Positions 39,815 through 49,806 are shown, counted from the stretch's first letter. The stretch is 64,000 nucleotides of DNA from Candidatus Eiseniibacteriota bacterium (GCA_963703225.1 OY969801.1:2720001-2784000), one strand, 5' to 3'. A program made the numbers and translations. Notes: generated by a model from the sequence alone, not told the origin.

Positions 39815-40089
39815 TTCGCGTGTTCGCGAAGCATGGTTTCGATTTCCCGCAATGTGAACTTGTTGAGCGCCACGATCTTCGCCTGCGAGCGGTAGATCGG
39901 CGGCACGATCGCCCGCGCTTCATCCTTTGAGCCCACGTCTACGACGATCCAGGCACGATGGTCCCCGTCATGGCACCCCCAATCAGCGTTCGCGACGAAA
40001 TGGGAGCCGGAGCTCAGGAATGCGTGGACCGCCCGGGCGCACACCGCCCGATCAGGATCGTGAGGGACTTCGACGAGAAATTTCGACAT
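39811..40089 (-). CDS. Small conserved hypothetical protein (His/Cys-containing, possible ferredoxin-like fold)
   Basis: SD AGGAGG; FLVEVPH...C...WGCHDGDH.AWIVVD. Confidence 0.75.
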   Translation of the reverse strand: MSKFLVEVPHDPDRAVCARAVHAFLSSGSHFVANADWGCHDGDHRAWIVVDVGSKDEARAIVPPIYRSQAKIVALNKFTLREIETMLREHAK

Positions 40090-40257
40090 GGGAACACCCC
40101 TCCTTTGAGGGTCCCGGGAGACCAGCCGAGACCGATAGGTCGACAGCTAAATTGTCCCCGAAGAGCGCCGGCCGCGCAAGAACGCGCTGGCGATAGGGTG
40201 TCGACGCCTGATTTGTGCGAGCCGGCTGACGGCAATGGCCGGGACCCGCTGCTGCCA

Positions 40258-41034
40258 TTACTTCCCCGACGCCTGCAGCTCCTCGAGCCTTCGCTGCGCG
40301 TACCGATTCTGTGGATCCAGCTCCAGCATCTTGCGGAACGCCTGGATCGCCTTGTCCTTCTGCCCGGTGTCCACATAGGCCTCCGCGAGGCCCTCGTAAG
40401 CCCGCAGAGAAGAAGGAAACATCTCGACGTTGAACTTGTGGAGGCTGAGCGCGTCCTGCTCCCGTCCCTTCTCCGCGAGAGACTCTCCCAACTCCGCCAA
40501 GGTCCCGTCGCCAAAGTCGAACGCACTCCGTCCGTAGTACCGGGCTCGGAGCTCCTTGTAGGTCGCGATCGTGCTATCGACGCCGCTCGAATCGTACGTC
40601 GCAGCGAGCCGATCGACCAACGTAGTCGGACGCGGGAGACCGTGATGGCAAGTGTTGCACGACATCTTCACTCGGATAGATCCTGCTAACTTCATGGCCT
40701 TCAAGTCTTCGTTAATGTGGCCGAGCATCCTATACATGTCGCGGGCGATCTGCTTGTTCGGGTTCTCGTCCGACGCGAAGTCGAACGTGGAGAGTGGTTT
40801 CCCCTCCTGACCGACGTGACAGTATGGGCACCGCACACCCAACGCACGTGTAAATCCGATCATGGTCCCAGCGAGCTTCTCCTTCTTAGCATCCTCCGGA
40901 AGCACTTTGATGTTCTTCGGCTTCTCGGGCCACTCGAAGGGGGGCTGGGCATGCGCGAGAGACGTGTACGCGACAACCCTGACAATCGAGATGCAGCACG
41001 CCAGGAGCAAAATACGCCCTTTCCCACGAACCAC
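40258..41034 (-). CDS. Periplasmic diheme c-type cytochrome (PufC-like half domain) fused to TPRs
   Basis: Signal peptide; CPYCH and CNTCH; KNIKVL, ALGVRC, DFASD, ARDMYRM; C-terminal TPR. Confidence 0.85.
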   Translation of the reverse strand: MVRGKGRILLLACCISIVRVVAYTSLAHAQPPFEWPEKPKNIKVLPEDAKKEKLAGTMIGFTRALGVRCPYCHVGQEGKPLSTFDFASDENPNKQIARDMYRMLGHINEDLKAMKLAGSIRVKMSCNTCHHGLPRPTTLVDRLAATYDSSGVDSTIATYKELRARYYGRSAFDFGDGTLAELGESLAEKGREQDALSLHKFNVEMFPSSLRAYEGLAEAYVDTGQKDKAIQAFRKMLELDPQNRYAQRRLEELQASGK

Positions 41035-41174
41035 GATGGTCTCCTTTCAAACCGCTATGTTGCCACCGGCGCTCTGATACGGAACAATGGAGTATATGCG
41101 CGCCATCGTCGCCATGGGATAGGTGGTGGGATCCCGATATACCCAAGCTTGGGGGGGAGCTGCGCCGAAATCAA

Positions 41175-41645
41175 ATGGTTGCGAATCTCCTGAAGAGCAT
41201 AGTTCACAACATTGGCGTCGTGGCCGTTGGCCTCGGCCTCGCGTACCTCGGCACGAGAGTGGATTCGCTCTTGGGTATTTCCCCCTTCGCGTTCCCACTC
41301 ATCAAGCCGGTAGGGTTACTGCTTCTTGCGAGCGGGTTTCTTGTGCGCGTTTGGGCGGCGACCTACTTCTATGCACACAGAATGCGCGTGATCTCGCTCG
41401 AACCTCAGGGAGCGCTTATTACGTCCGGGCCGTATCGTTTCTCGCGGAATCCGCTCTATCTCGGCGGGAACGTGTTCATCTTCTTCGGGGCGGCACTGCT
41501 CTTCGGATCGCCGACGGCGCTCCTCGTTACGGCGATACATCTTCCCCTGATAGATATGTTCATCCGCCGAGAAGAGAGACAATTGGAGCGGGTCTTTGGT
41601 GAGCAGTGGCGAAGTTACGCGAAGCGAGTGCGCCGATGGCTATAA
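41175..41645 (+). CDS. Isoprenylcysteine carboxyl methyltransferase/PEMT-family membrane protein
   Basis: LITSGPYRFSRNPLYLG; REERQLERVFGEQWRSY...VRRW. Confidence 0.9.
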   Translation: MVANLLKSIVHNIGVVAVGLGLAYLGTRVDSLLGISPFAFPLIKPVGLLLLASGFLVRVWAATYFYAHRMRVISLEPQGALITSGPYRFSRNPLYLGGNVFIFFGAALLFGSPTALLVTAIHLPLIDMFIRREERQLERVFGEQWRSYAKRVRRWL

Positions 41646-41823
41646 TCCGAGTAGCGGGTACCTGCGGCATTGATTGTGCGTTACTCAATACGCGAGGCCG
41701 CCCCGCGAGGCGCCGAAAGTGGCCCTAACTCTAAGGTATGGTTGTACATACAGCGTGCCGCATCGCCCCCGGCTGCCTGACAGCTTGGCTGGGCGGGGAC
41801 AGACTTGTCAGGAGGAGATTGCC

Positions 41824-43128
41824 ATGACGACCAAGCTCGATGAGCCGAAGAGCGCCAAGACTGCCACCCTAACGTTCGACGGGCTCTCCGCTGAGCTGCC
41901 CCTCGTGATCGGCACGGAGCAGGAGACCGCGATCAACATCGAAAAGCTGCGCGCCTCCACCAATCTGATCACTCTCGACCCAGGCTACGCGAACACGGGA
42001 TCCTGTAGGAGCGCAATCACATTCATCGACGGCGAGAAAGGGATCTTGCGTTACCGGGGTTACCCGATCGAAGAGCTGGCGGCGAAGAGCACGTTTCTCG
42101 AGACGGCGTGGCTCCTCCTGTATGGAGACCTACCCACCAACAAGCAGCTCGAAGCATTCACTCGCGAAGTAACCGTCCATACCATGCTTCATCAGGACTT
42201 CGGAAGGTTTTTCGATGCCCTCCCGAAGGACGCCCATCCCATGCCAGTTTGCGCCGCGGCGGTGGGCGCTCTCGCGACCTTCTATCAAGAGCCAGAGAGC
42301 GACCAGCAGGTGCACGACACGATCGTGCGACTGATGGCGAAGATGCCGACCATCGCGGCGTACTCATACAAGCACTCCACCGGACAGCCCTTCATGTACC
42401 CAATGAATCGCCTTGACTATGTTTCGAACTTCCTGCGGATGATGTTCGGCATCCCGTGCGAGGAATATGAGGTTGACCCGGTCTTCGCCCGCGCGCTGGA
42501 CCTCCTCCTCATCCTGCACGCGGATCACGAACAGAACTGTTCCACGAGCACGGTCCGCATGGTCGGAAGCTCCATGGCGAACCTCTACGCGAGCATCGCC
42601 GCGGGCATCAGTGCCCTCTGGGGACCGCTTCACGGCGGGGCGAATCAGCAGGTCATCGAGATGCTCGAGAGAATCGCGGCCGAGGAGGGTAGCGCCGATC
42701 GCTTCATCGCAAAGGCCAAGGACAAGAACGACATGGCCCGGCTCATGGGGTTCGGACACCGCGTCTACAAGAGCTACGACCCCCGTGCCGCTATCCTCAA
42801 AAAGACCTGCACCGACGTGGTCGGACGGGTGGGCGGTGGCCGCCTCCTGGAGATCGCGATGCGCTTGGAGGAAGTGGCTCTCAGTGACGAGTACTTTGTG
42901 AGCCGGAAGCTCTACCCCAACGTCGACTTCTATTCGGGCGTGATTTACAAGGCTCTCGGTATCCCGGTGAACATGTTCACGGTGATGTTCACGATGGGCC
43001 GGCTACCAGGCTGGATCGCGCAGTGGCTCGAGATGCGGCGCGACAAGGACTTCCGCATCTCCCGCCCTCGGCAGATCTACGTCGGATCGCCGAAACGGAT
43101 GTACGTGCCGCTGGCCGACCGAGGCTGA
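41824..43128 (+). CDS. gltA: Citrate synthase (type II)
   Basis: SD AGGAGG; ITFIDGEKGILRYRGYPIE; LHADHEQNCSTSTVR; GPLHGGAN; GFGHRVYKSYDPRA; YPNVDFYSG; RPRQIY. Confidence 0.97.
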   Translation: MTTKLDEPKSAKTATLTFDGLSAELPLVIGTEQETAINIEKLRASTNLITLDPGYANTGSCRSAITFIDGEKGILRYRGYPIEELAAKSTFLETAWLLLYGDLPTNKQLEAFTREVTVHTMLHQDFGRFFDALPKDAHPMPVCAAAVGALATFYQEPESDQQVHDTIVRLMAKMPTIAAYSYKHSTGQPFMYPMNRLDYVSNFLRMMFGIPCEEYEVDPVFARALDLLLILHADHEQNCSTSTVRMVGSSMANLYASIAAGISALWGPLHGGANQQVIEMLERIAAEEGSADRFIAKAKDKNDMARLMGFGHRVYKSYDPRAAILKKTCTDVVGRVGGGRLLEIAMRLEEVALSDEYFVSRKLYPNVDFYSGVIYKALGIPVNMFTVMFTMGRLPGWIAQWLEMRRDKDFRISRPRQIYVGSPKRMYVPLADRG

Positions 43129-43194
43129 TCCCGGAAGGCCCCATGGGCTGGGTGGGAGCGCGAGGGCGCCGACGTCCCGTGCGGGGAGACTCTC

Positions 43195-44568
43195 ACGGGG
43201 CCTGACACCAGTCACCGCTCACTCGAAGGCCTGCACGCCACGGTGGCTCTGCCCCGCACGGAGGCGGGGTTCTGGCGGCAGCTGCGCGCCTTTTCGGGAC
43301 CAGCAATCCTCATCAGCGTCGGCTACATGGACCCCGGAAATTGGGCGACAGACCTACAGGGCGGCGCGCAGTTCAAATATGGATTGCTCTGGGTCGTCGC
43401 GCTCGCAAGCGTGATGGCGATCTTCATGCAGGTGATCTCGGCGCGCCTTGGCGTGGTGACGGGGAAGGACCTGGCCCAGTGCTGCCGCGACTGGTTTCCG
43501 CGGTGGACGCGACTGCCCAACTGGCTGCTCTGCGAGATCGCGATCGGAGCGTGCGACCTGGCAGAAGTGCTCGGCAGCGCCGTGGCGTTGAATCTCCTGT
43601 TTCGCATCCCGCTGCTGTGGGCCGTCATAATCACCGGCCTGGACGTCCTGCTCCTGCTCGGACTGCAGCGAGTCGGCATGCGCACGATCGAAGCCATCGT
43701 CCTGCTCCTCGTCGCGACGATCGCCGGCTGTTACTTCATCGAGATATTCGTTCTGCCGCAGACGCATCCGAGCTTCCTGGAGATGGGGCGAGCGCTGGTG
43801 AGCCCGAACTTCCGGCAGGTCGGGATGATCTATGTGGCGATCGGGATCATCGGCGCGACCGTCATGCCCCACAATCTCTACCTCCACTCCGCACTCGTAC
43901 AGAGTCGCGATTTGCGGAAGGACGAAGCCTCCGTCCGGCAAGCTATCAAGTTCAATACCATCGATTCGGCGGCGGCCCTGACCATCGCGTTCTTCGTCAA
44001 TGCGAGCATCCTGGTGCTTGCGGCAATGGTCTTCTACGGAAAGGCGAACGTCGCTCTGCCGAGCGGACAGCAGGTGGCGTTTGAGGGCACCACCGATTGG
44101 ATCCGGATCGCGTACTTGACGCTTGCGCCGCTGCTCGGAGTTGCTGCAGCCAGCCCCTTGTTCGCGATCGCGCTGCTCGCGAGCGGCCAGAGCAGTACGA
44201 TCACCGGCACGCTCGCGGGGCAGGTGGTAATGGAAGGCTTCATGCATTGGAGGATCTCGCCCTGGGCGCGGCGGTTGGTCACGCGGGCGCTGGCAATTCT
44301 GCCAGCGGTGTTGATCGTCGGAGCGCGGGGGGACAGCAGTGTCACCGACCTCCTGACTCTCAGCCAAGTCGTTCTCGCGCTCCAGTTGCCGCTCGCCATG
44401 TTCCCACTGCTGCTCTTCACCGGTTCACGCAAGCGGATGGGCGCCTGGAGGAATGGCTGGATCCTCCTGATCGCGGGTTGGAGCTGCGCGTTGCTGATCA
44501 CGGCCCTGGACCTTTGTGGACTGCCCGACTCGCTCAAATCCGCCTGGCACGTCATCACGGGTGGATAA
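43195..44568 (+). CDS. mntH: Nramp-family divalent metal (Mn2+) transporter; start is either ACG at 43195 or GTG at 43243
   Basis: GYMDPGNWATD; GATVMPHNLYLHS; LASGQSSTITGTLAGQVVMEGF; SQVVL. Confidence 0.93.
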   Translation, partial: TGPDTSHRSLEGLHATVALPRTEAGFWRQLRAFSGPAILISVGYMDPGNWATDLQGGAQFKYGLLWVVALASVMAIFMQVISARLGVVTGKDLAQCCRDWFPRWTRLPNWLLCEIAIGACDLAEVLGSAVALNLLFRIPLLWAVIITGLDVLLLLGLQRVGMRTIEAIVLLLVATIAGCYFIEIFVLPQTHPSFLEMGRALVSPNFRQVGMIYVAIGIIGATVMPHNLYLHSALVQSRDLRKDEASVRQAIKFNTIDSAAALTIAFFVNASILVLAAMVFYGKANVALPSGQQVAFEGTTDWIRIAYLTLAPLLGVAAASPLFAIALLASGQSSTITGTLAGQVVMEGFMHWRISPWARRLVTRALAILPAVLIVGARGDSSVTDLLTLSQVVLALQLPLAMFPLLLFTGSRKRMGAWRNGWILLIAGWSCALLITALDLCGLPDSLKSAWHVITGG

Positions 44569-44600
44569 ATTGGCGTGGAAGGTGAAAGAGGAGTGCGCGC

Positions 44601-45032
44601 GTGTATAAGACGATCTTGGTGACGCTCGACACCACTCCGACCGATCGGACCATCATCGAGCACATCAAGCAGCTGGCAACGATCATGAAGAGCGGCGTTG
44701 TGTTATTTCACGTCGCGACCGGCGTGCCCGCCCAGTTCCGCGGTGCCAATGCCGGAGGCGAAGAGGTCGAGGAGGACCAAGCTTATCTCGACCGAGTTCG
44801 GGGCGAGTTCGAGTCCGCAGGCATTCCGGCTCGGGCAGAGCTCGCGTTCGGCGATCCGGTCCGTGAGATCGTCAAGAGGGTGAACGAGAACGACTGTGAC
44901 ATGGTGGCGATGAGCACCCACGGGCACAAGTTCGTCGCCGACCTGATCCTAGGTACGACTGCCAACCGGGTTCGGCACAGCGTCAGTGTGCCGGTGCTGC
45001 TGCTGCGCGGGAGATCTTCCCACGCGGGCTGA
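44601..45032 (+). CDS. Universal stress protein
   Basis: YKTILVTLD...GDP...DMVAMSTHGH...LILGTTANRVRHSVSVPVLL. Confidence 0.93.
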   Translation: MYKTILVTLDTTPTDRTIIEHIKQLATIMKSGVVLFHVATGVPAQFRGANAGGEEVEEDQAYLDRVRGEFESAGIPARAELAFGDPVREIVKRVNENDCDMVAMSTHGHKFVADLILGTTANRVRHSVSVPVLLLRGRSSHAG

Positions 45033-45104
45033 GGAACCTACGCTATTGGGGCAGGTCTGCCAGGCTCAAGTCCCAAGGGCTCGCGTGAGGGAGCCGCGCC
45101 GCCC

Positions 45105-45539
45105 TCACCAGACCACCTCGCGCGCGATCAGTCGGTCACCGGCCTGAATCTGGATCCAGTACGTTCCGGCTGCTACCTCGCGGCCGTATCGGTCACAACC
45201 ATCCCAGATAATCGGGTGGGCGCCGCCACCGAGTGTCCCGTAGTCTCGGTTTGCCACACGGCGCCCACCCATATCGAATACGTTCCACCTGACCGCCGCA
45301 GGACCTCTCAGGTCGAGACGAAGGGCCAAAGCCGACCCCGGGGTCGGCAGCGCTGCGAAACGCGGCGCGGGCGCCACGGCCTCCGAGCGATTGGCGAGGA
45401 TGTAGAACGAGAACTCACCCGGCTGACCATGGGCGGGCCGCGCCAGCAATAGCAAAGCGAGCCCCGATGTCAAAATCAGGAGGAAGATAACAACCGCTGG
45501 GCGAAACGCGAGCGATTGCCGCACCCTACGCCTCCGCAT
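45105..45539 (-). CDS. Small secreted protein consisting almost entirely of a FlgD-Ig/T9SS-like domain
   Basis: Signal peptide; VFDMGGRRVA...IIWDGCDRYGREVAAGTYWIQI. Confidence 0.7.
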   Translation of the reverse strand: MRRRRVRQSLAFRPAVVIFLLILTSGLALLLLARPAHGQPGEFSFYILANRSEAVAPAPRFAALPTPGSALALRLDLRGPAAVRWNVFDMGGRRVANRDYGTLGGGAHPIIWDGCDRYGREVAAGTYWIQIQAGDRLIAREVVW

Positions 45540-45799
45540 GTCGTGCCGGCATGGGACCCCACCCTCCGCCGGGAGGTGGCGCTCTCGGCGGAGGGGGAAA
45601 CGCTAAGGACGAATCGTCAGCATGAGCAGAGACCGTGCCGACGCAACGCTCGGACGATGAATCTTGTAACCGATTGCATCCACGTCAATTTCGGAGACGC
45701 CGCCGGATCGTACTTGAACCGTGGAGAGCGAACGATGCTGCCATCCTGTCAGGGAGGGCGACGGACGCGACCGTATCGCGGCTGAAGGGAACGCGAGGG

Positions 45800-46660
45800 T
45801 CAAGACGACTGCCGCTCGAGCGCCGGCGCCAGCCAGCCTTGAAGGGGCACGATCCAGAGAAGCCCAGCCAACGCGTCCACCGCGTAATGGTTCCGTGTAT
45901 AGACGGTCGCCAGCGCTACGGCCAGAGCAGCCAGCGTGAGCGCCGCGGACCACCTCCTCGAGAGCCACCGCCAGCCGAGCCACGCGATCGTGGCGGCTCC
46001 CGCGACGTGGGAGCTGGGAAACGCGGTGCCCGGAGAGTCCCCGGTCGCCCGAGCCCGCTCGACGAGAGTGTGGAAGAAGCCGTCGGGGGCCGCCGCGAGT
46101 GATGCCGCGCCAGCGGCCCGAGGCCCGTAGACCGGAAACGCCAGGTAGAACACAAAACAACTGAGGTACGTGATGATCAGAGCCAGCACGACCGATCGAA
46201 ACGCCCGGAGCCCACGCCGGAATCCGATGGCCAGTGGCGGGATCACGAGGAGCAAGTAGTAGAGGAAATAGGCGAAGTACATCGCCTCGCTCAGCCAGCG
46301 ACCCGGCATCACGCTCATCCAGGTCTCGTGCCAATGAACTCCGAAGATGGCGAGGTCGAGACGCTGTACGAACAAGTCGTGCGGCCGTGTGCCGCGGAGG
46401 GCCTGAAGCGGACCCAGCTCGGCCCAGAAGAGGGCCAGGCCGATGAGCGGGTAGCTGTCGCGGAGCGCACGCGCGCGGGGAGACGCGGGGGGAAGGCCGC
46501 GCAAAAGCCAGGGCAGGCCCGCCGCCGCCGCGTGTGCCAGCGCGGGCCAGGGCGCTCCCGCGACGCGAGACGCGAGCCCCAACCAGACCACGGCGAGGAC
46601 CGCGTTGTACGACGCGACGATCCAGTCTACGGGGTAGATGACGCCCTTCGCTCCGCCCAT
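45800..46660 (-). CDS. PAP2-superfamily membrane phosphatase/phosphotransferase (PAP2_3/Aur1-like)
   Basis: YLAFPVYGPR, AFPSSHVA, TVYTRNHYAVDAL. Confidence 0.88.
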   Translation of the reverse strand: MGGAKGVIYPVDWIVASYNAVLAVVWLGLASRVAGAPWPALAHAAAAGLPWLLRGLPPASPRARALRDSYPLIGLALFWAELGPLQALRGTRPHDLFVQRLDLAIFGVHWHETWMSVMPGRWLSEAMYFAYFLYYLLLVIPPLAIGFRRGLRAFRSVVLALIITYLSCFVFYLAFPVYGPRAAGAASLAAAPDGFFHTLVERARATGDSPGTAFPSSHVAGAATIAWLGWRWLSRRWSAALTLAALAVALATVYTRNHYAVDALAGLLWIVPLQGWLAPALERQSS

Positions 46661-46670
46661 GGCGTGGAGG

Positions 46671-47981
46671 CTACCTGTCCGCGCCGCCGGCTCGAACAAG
46701 TTCACTGGGACGCACCACGGTTCCCCGAGTCTCCGGGAGCAGCCACACCCACGCGCCGGTGAAGATCGCGAAGAAAGCGGCCAGGGAAATTCCTCCGGCG
46801 AGCCCGTGCCGTGCCGCCACGTGCGTGATGATGAGCGGCGTAAAGAACTGCGCGCCGCGCGCCAGATTGAAAGCCGTACCCATGGCGGTACTCCGTATCT
46901 TTGTCGGGAAGATCTCCGTGAAGATGGGCCCATAGCCGGAGAAGTTGCCGGTACCTAGCCCCACCAGGAACATGAAGCAGAGCGTGAGCCACGGCCACGC
47001 CGCGATCGCGCCCCAGAACCAGGTCACCGCGAACAGCCCTACGGCCCAGATCAGCGAGTAGGTCGAATAGGCGAAGCGCCGCCCGCGCGCATCGGCGACC
47101 GCGCCGAAGCTCAGGTAGCCCACCACGCCGCCCGCCTGCGTCACAATCATCCAGATCCCCGACTTCGCCATTGAAAAGCCGAGCTGATCGTAAAGATATT
47201 TCGGGAGCCAGGAGTAGGTGAACCAGTAGGCGGACATGTCCGTGAAGGCGAGGACCAGCCCCAACGCGAACAGCCGTCGGAGAGCGCTCGAAGCAATGAT
47301 CTCACCGAACTGGCTCCGCTCGCCCGCCTTCGCGACTGCCCGGCGGGCCAGCCAGACATCCGACTCGGGCATGTGTCTGCGGATCAGGAACACGAGCAAG
47401 GCCGGAAGCACCGAAAGGAAAAAGCAGGCCCGCCAGCCCCAGTCGGATCCAAACGCGTTGGAGAACGCGGGCGCCACGAACCCACCCACGACTGAGGCGA
47501 GCGCGATCCCGAGCGGCGCGCCCGTTTGCATCACGGCGGCGTAGCGCGCCCGAAGCCTGGCGGGGAACGTTTCTCCCACCAAGGTCTGGCCGGTCGCCCA
47601 TTCCCCACCCACACCCAGGCCTGTCAGGATCCGAAACACGAGAAGGGACGTGAAGCCCGCAGCGGTACCGCATAGGAAGGCCCCGATCGAGTAGACGAGA
47701 ATCGTCCAGGAAAGAACGGCCTTTCTTCCAAAACGATCCGCGAGATAGCCGAAGAGGATTCCTCCCACCGCGGTGGCTGCGAGCGAGGCCCCCAGCAGGA
47801 GCGAAAGAGAAACATCACTCAGGCCGAGCGTCGTTCGTATGGGGACGAGGAGGAAGGAGAAGAGCAGAAGATCGTAGAAGTCGAACAGCCATCCCGCCCA
47901 GGACATCGCCAGAATGACGAAGTGTGGCCGGGAAGGTTGGTCGGCTTGGTTCAGGAAACGGGTGACCGGCGCCTCCGACAC
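46671..47981 (-). CDS. Major facilitator superfamily transporter
   Basis: GWLFDFYD; GYLADRFGRK motif A; RILTGLGVGGEW; ETFPARLR; EIFPTKIRST; LPETRG. Confidence 0.93.
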   Translation of the reverse strand: MSEAPVTRFLNQADQPSRPHFVILAMSWAGWLFDFYDLLLFSFLLVPIRTTLGLSDVSLSLLLGASLAATAVGGILFGYLADRFGRKAVLSWTILVYSIGAFLCGTAAGFTSLLVFRILTGLGVGGEWATGQTLVGETFPARLRARYAAVMQTGAPLGIALASVVGGFVAPAFSNAFGSDWGWRACFFLSVLPALLVFLIRRHMPESDVWLARRAVAKAGERSQFGEIIASSALRRLFALGLVLAFTDMSAYWFTYSWLPKYLYDQLGFSMAKSGIWMIVTQAGGVVGYLSFGAVADARGRRFAYSTYSLIWAVGLFAVTWFWGAIAAWPWLTLCFMFLVGLGTGNFSGYGPIFTEIFPTKIRSTAMGTAFNLARGAQFFTPLIITHVAARHGLAGGISLAAFFAIFTGAWVWLLPETRGTVVRPSELVRAGGADR

Positions 47982-48192
47982 GCGCCAACGCTACCGCAAT
48001 GCGGGCTCGAATGCACGGACGGTGGGGTGCCTCCTTCCTGCGCCGAAGCGTTGATTCGGAATGACTTACTCGGATTTCATGCCGCTGTAGGTGCGCCCTG
48101 CCCTTGCCGATAGATTGTTGGGTGCTCGGGCTATGACTGGCCCCGGGACTGCCTCCCCCGCCCCCTGATCCGTTCGGCCCTGGAGTACGCGC

Positions 48193-49806
48193 GTGAAGAA
48201 ACGCCGGCTTTACATGACGCGGGTCGCTGCGCTTGCGGCGCGCGTGGCGAAGTTCCTGCTCAAGAGCCAACTCCTGACGATCCTCCTGGTGCTCTGCGCC
48301 GTGGGCTATTGGGCCGGAACGCAGGCACGTCCCGAACCCGGGGCGGTCCCGTTCGAAGAGCTGTTCGAGAACCTCAGCGTCCTCTCATACCGCGAGGCGC
48401 CGTCCGATTCGACCGCTCGGTTCGTCGTCGAGCTCGCCGCCCGCGGCCGGGTGTTCCGGCAGTACGACATCGACTCGCGCCGCTTCCTGGAGCCCGTGCG
48501 AGGGAACGACTACCGACGCTCCATCACCGGCACGCGATACCGTCCCCTGAATGTCCGGGGACACGTGAATCGCGGCTTCTGGTTCGAGCTGCCCAGCGCA
48601 CCCACGCTGCCGGTCCGCTCGGACCAGTTCGAGGAGCTCTATCGCTCGACCCTCGAATACCTCAGGCCGGCCGCGGTCACCGCCTCCGTCCTCGCAGCCC
48701 TCTCCGGATATTCCACGGGATACCGAATGGCCATCTGGAGTGGCTCCTTGAGCAATCCCAAGGTGCAGGATCGCGTGCTCGCTGCGCCGGGCATTGACCG
48801 GATGATCGCGCGAGAGGCATGGCGGCGCGTACTCCTCGAGCCGGTCCTGGTGGGGCACGAGAGCGACGCCGCGCGATTCGCCTCGGTGCGTGGAACGCAG
48901 CGCATTTACACCAACTTTTTCAGGCTGGCCCTGAACGACAGTGACAGCTTCATTCCTCGTGAGGCGGCCCGCCTGGATTCGGCGGGGCACCGGCGCGAGG
49001 CGCGCTCCATGCTCGCCTTCGCGCGGGCGGTACAGCGGGCGTCTCAGGACACGTGCTATCTCGCGAACGAGGACTTCGCGGCCATCGAGGAATGGGCGAG
49101 CCTCCTCGACCGTCGCGGACACTGGGCCGAGGGCGCCACCCCGCCGCCTGGCGATGAGCGGATGAAGTACCTCGGCACCCTGGCCTGGTACGGTGTTGCC
49201 CCCACACCATCCGGCGAGGGGCGCATCTGGGTCGGACCCCGCGTGCTTGTCCGCGTCGGGGAGACGGAGGGTTTCGTGGCCGACGAGATTCCCCTGACTC
49301 CGGTGGGCTGCCCGATCGCGTGGCGGGAGTGGCTTCGAGACGACGGCTTGAGCCTGAGCGCGAACGCCTGGACCGCACAGTGGATGGGGGAAATGAAACA
49401 GTTCAAGCCGATCGTGCTGGCAGGACGCTCCGTGGTCCGGTGGCTCGGCGGTACCGGGGAGCGCAGCGAGCCCGTTCGGCTCGCGCGCCCCGACCTGCCT
49501 CCACGCACTCCCCCGACCCGGAGCGACGAAAGCCCGGATCCCGACCCGTTGGCCACAGGCAATGGCGCGTCCCCAATGGGTCGTCCTTCGCTGCCCTCGA
49601 CGGGTTCGGATCTTGAACGCCCGGATTCCACGGGCTCAGCCAAAGGCTTCCACTTGCGGGGTGTCGATTCCCGTGCGGGTTTGGAGTTCGCCGGGCAGGC
49701 TGGGGATTCTCGCAGGAAGGCCATCGACTCAACGGGACACTCGTCAGACTTTCCGGTCGTCAAGGGCGAACAGGTCGGGGCCCGCGTCGGTCCGACGCGG
49801 GAGTGA
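48193..49806 (+). CDS. Membrane-anchored hypothetical protein
   Basis: Long ORF with coding-like GC3 and an N-terminal TM; no motif recognised; Pro/Ser-rich tail. Confidence 0.7.
   Translation: MKKRRLYMTRVAALAARVAKFLLKSQLLTILLVLCAVGYWAGTQARPEPGAVPFEELFENLSVLSYREAPSDSTARFVVELAARGRVFRQYDIDSRRFLEPVRGNDYRRSITGTRYRPLNVRGHVNRGFWFELPSAPTLPVRSDQFEELYRSTLEYLRPAAVTASVLAALSGYSTGYRMAIWSGSLSNPKVQDRVLAAPGIDRMIAREAWRRVLLEPVLVGHESDAARFASVRGTQRIYTNFFRLALNDSDSFIPREAARLDSAGHRREARSMLAFARAVQRASQDTCYLANEDFAAIEEWASLLDRRGHWAEGATPPPGDERMKYLGTLAWYGVAPTPSGEGRIWVGPRVLVRVGETEGFVADEIPLTPVGCPIAWREWLRDDGLSLSANAWTAQWMGEMKQFKPIVLAGRSVVRWLGGTGERSEPVRLARPDLPPRTPPTRSDESPDPDPLATGNGASPMGRPSLPSTGSDLERPDSTGSAKGFHLRGVDSRAGLEFAGQAGDSRRKAIDSTGHSSDFPVVKGEQVGARVGPTRE

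Noticed and set aside
43129..43242. yybP-ykoY or M-box riboswitch upstream of mntH
   Set aside because: Only GGGGAG matches; the GGGGAGUAGC core and the M-box length and motifs are absent
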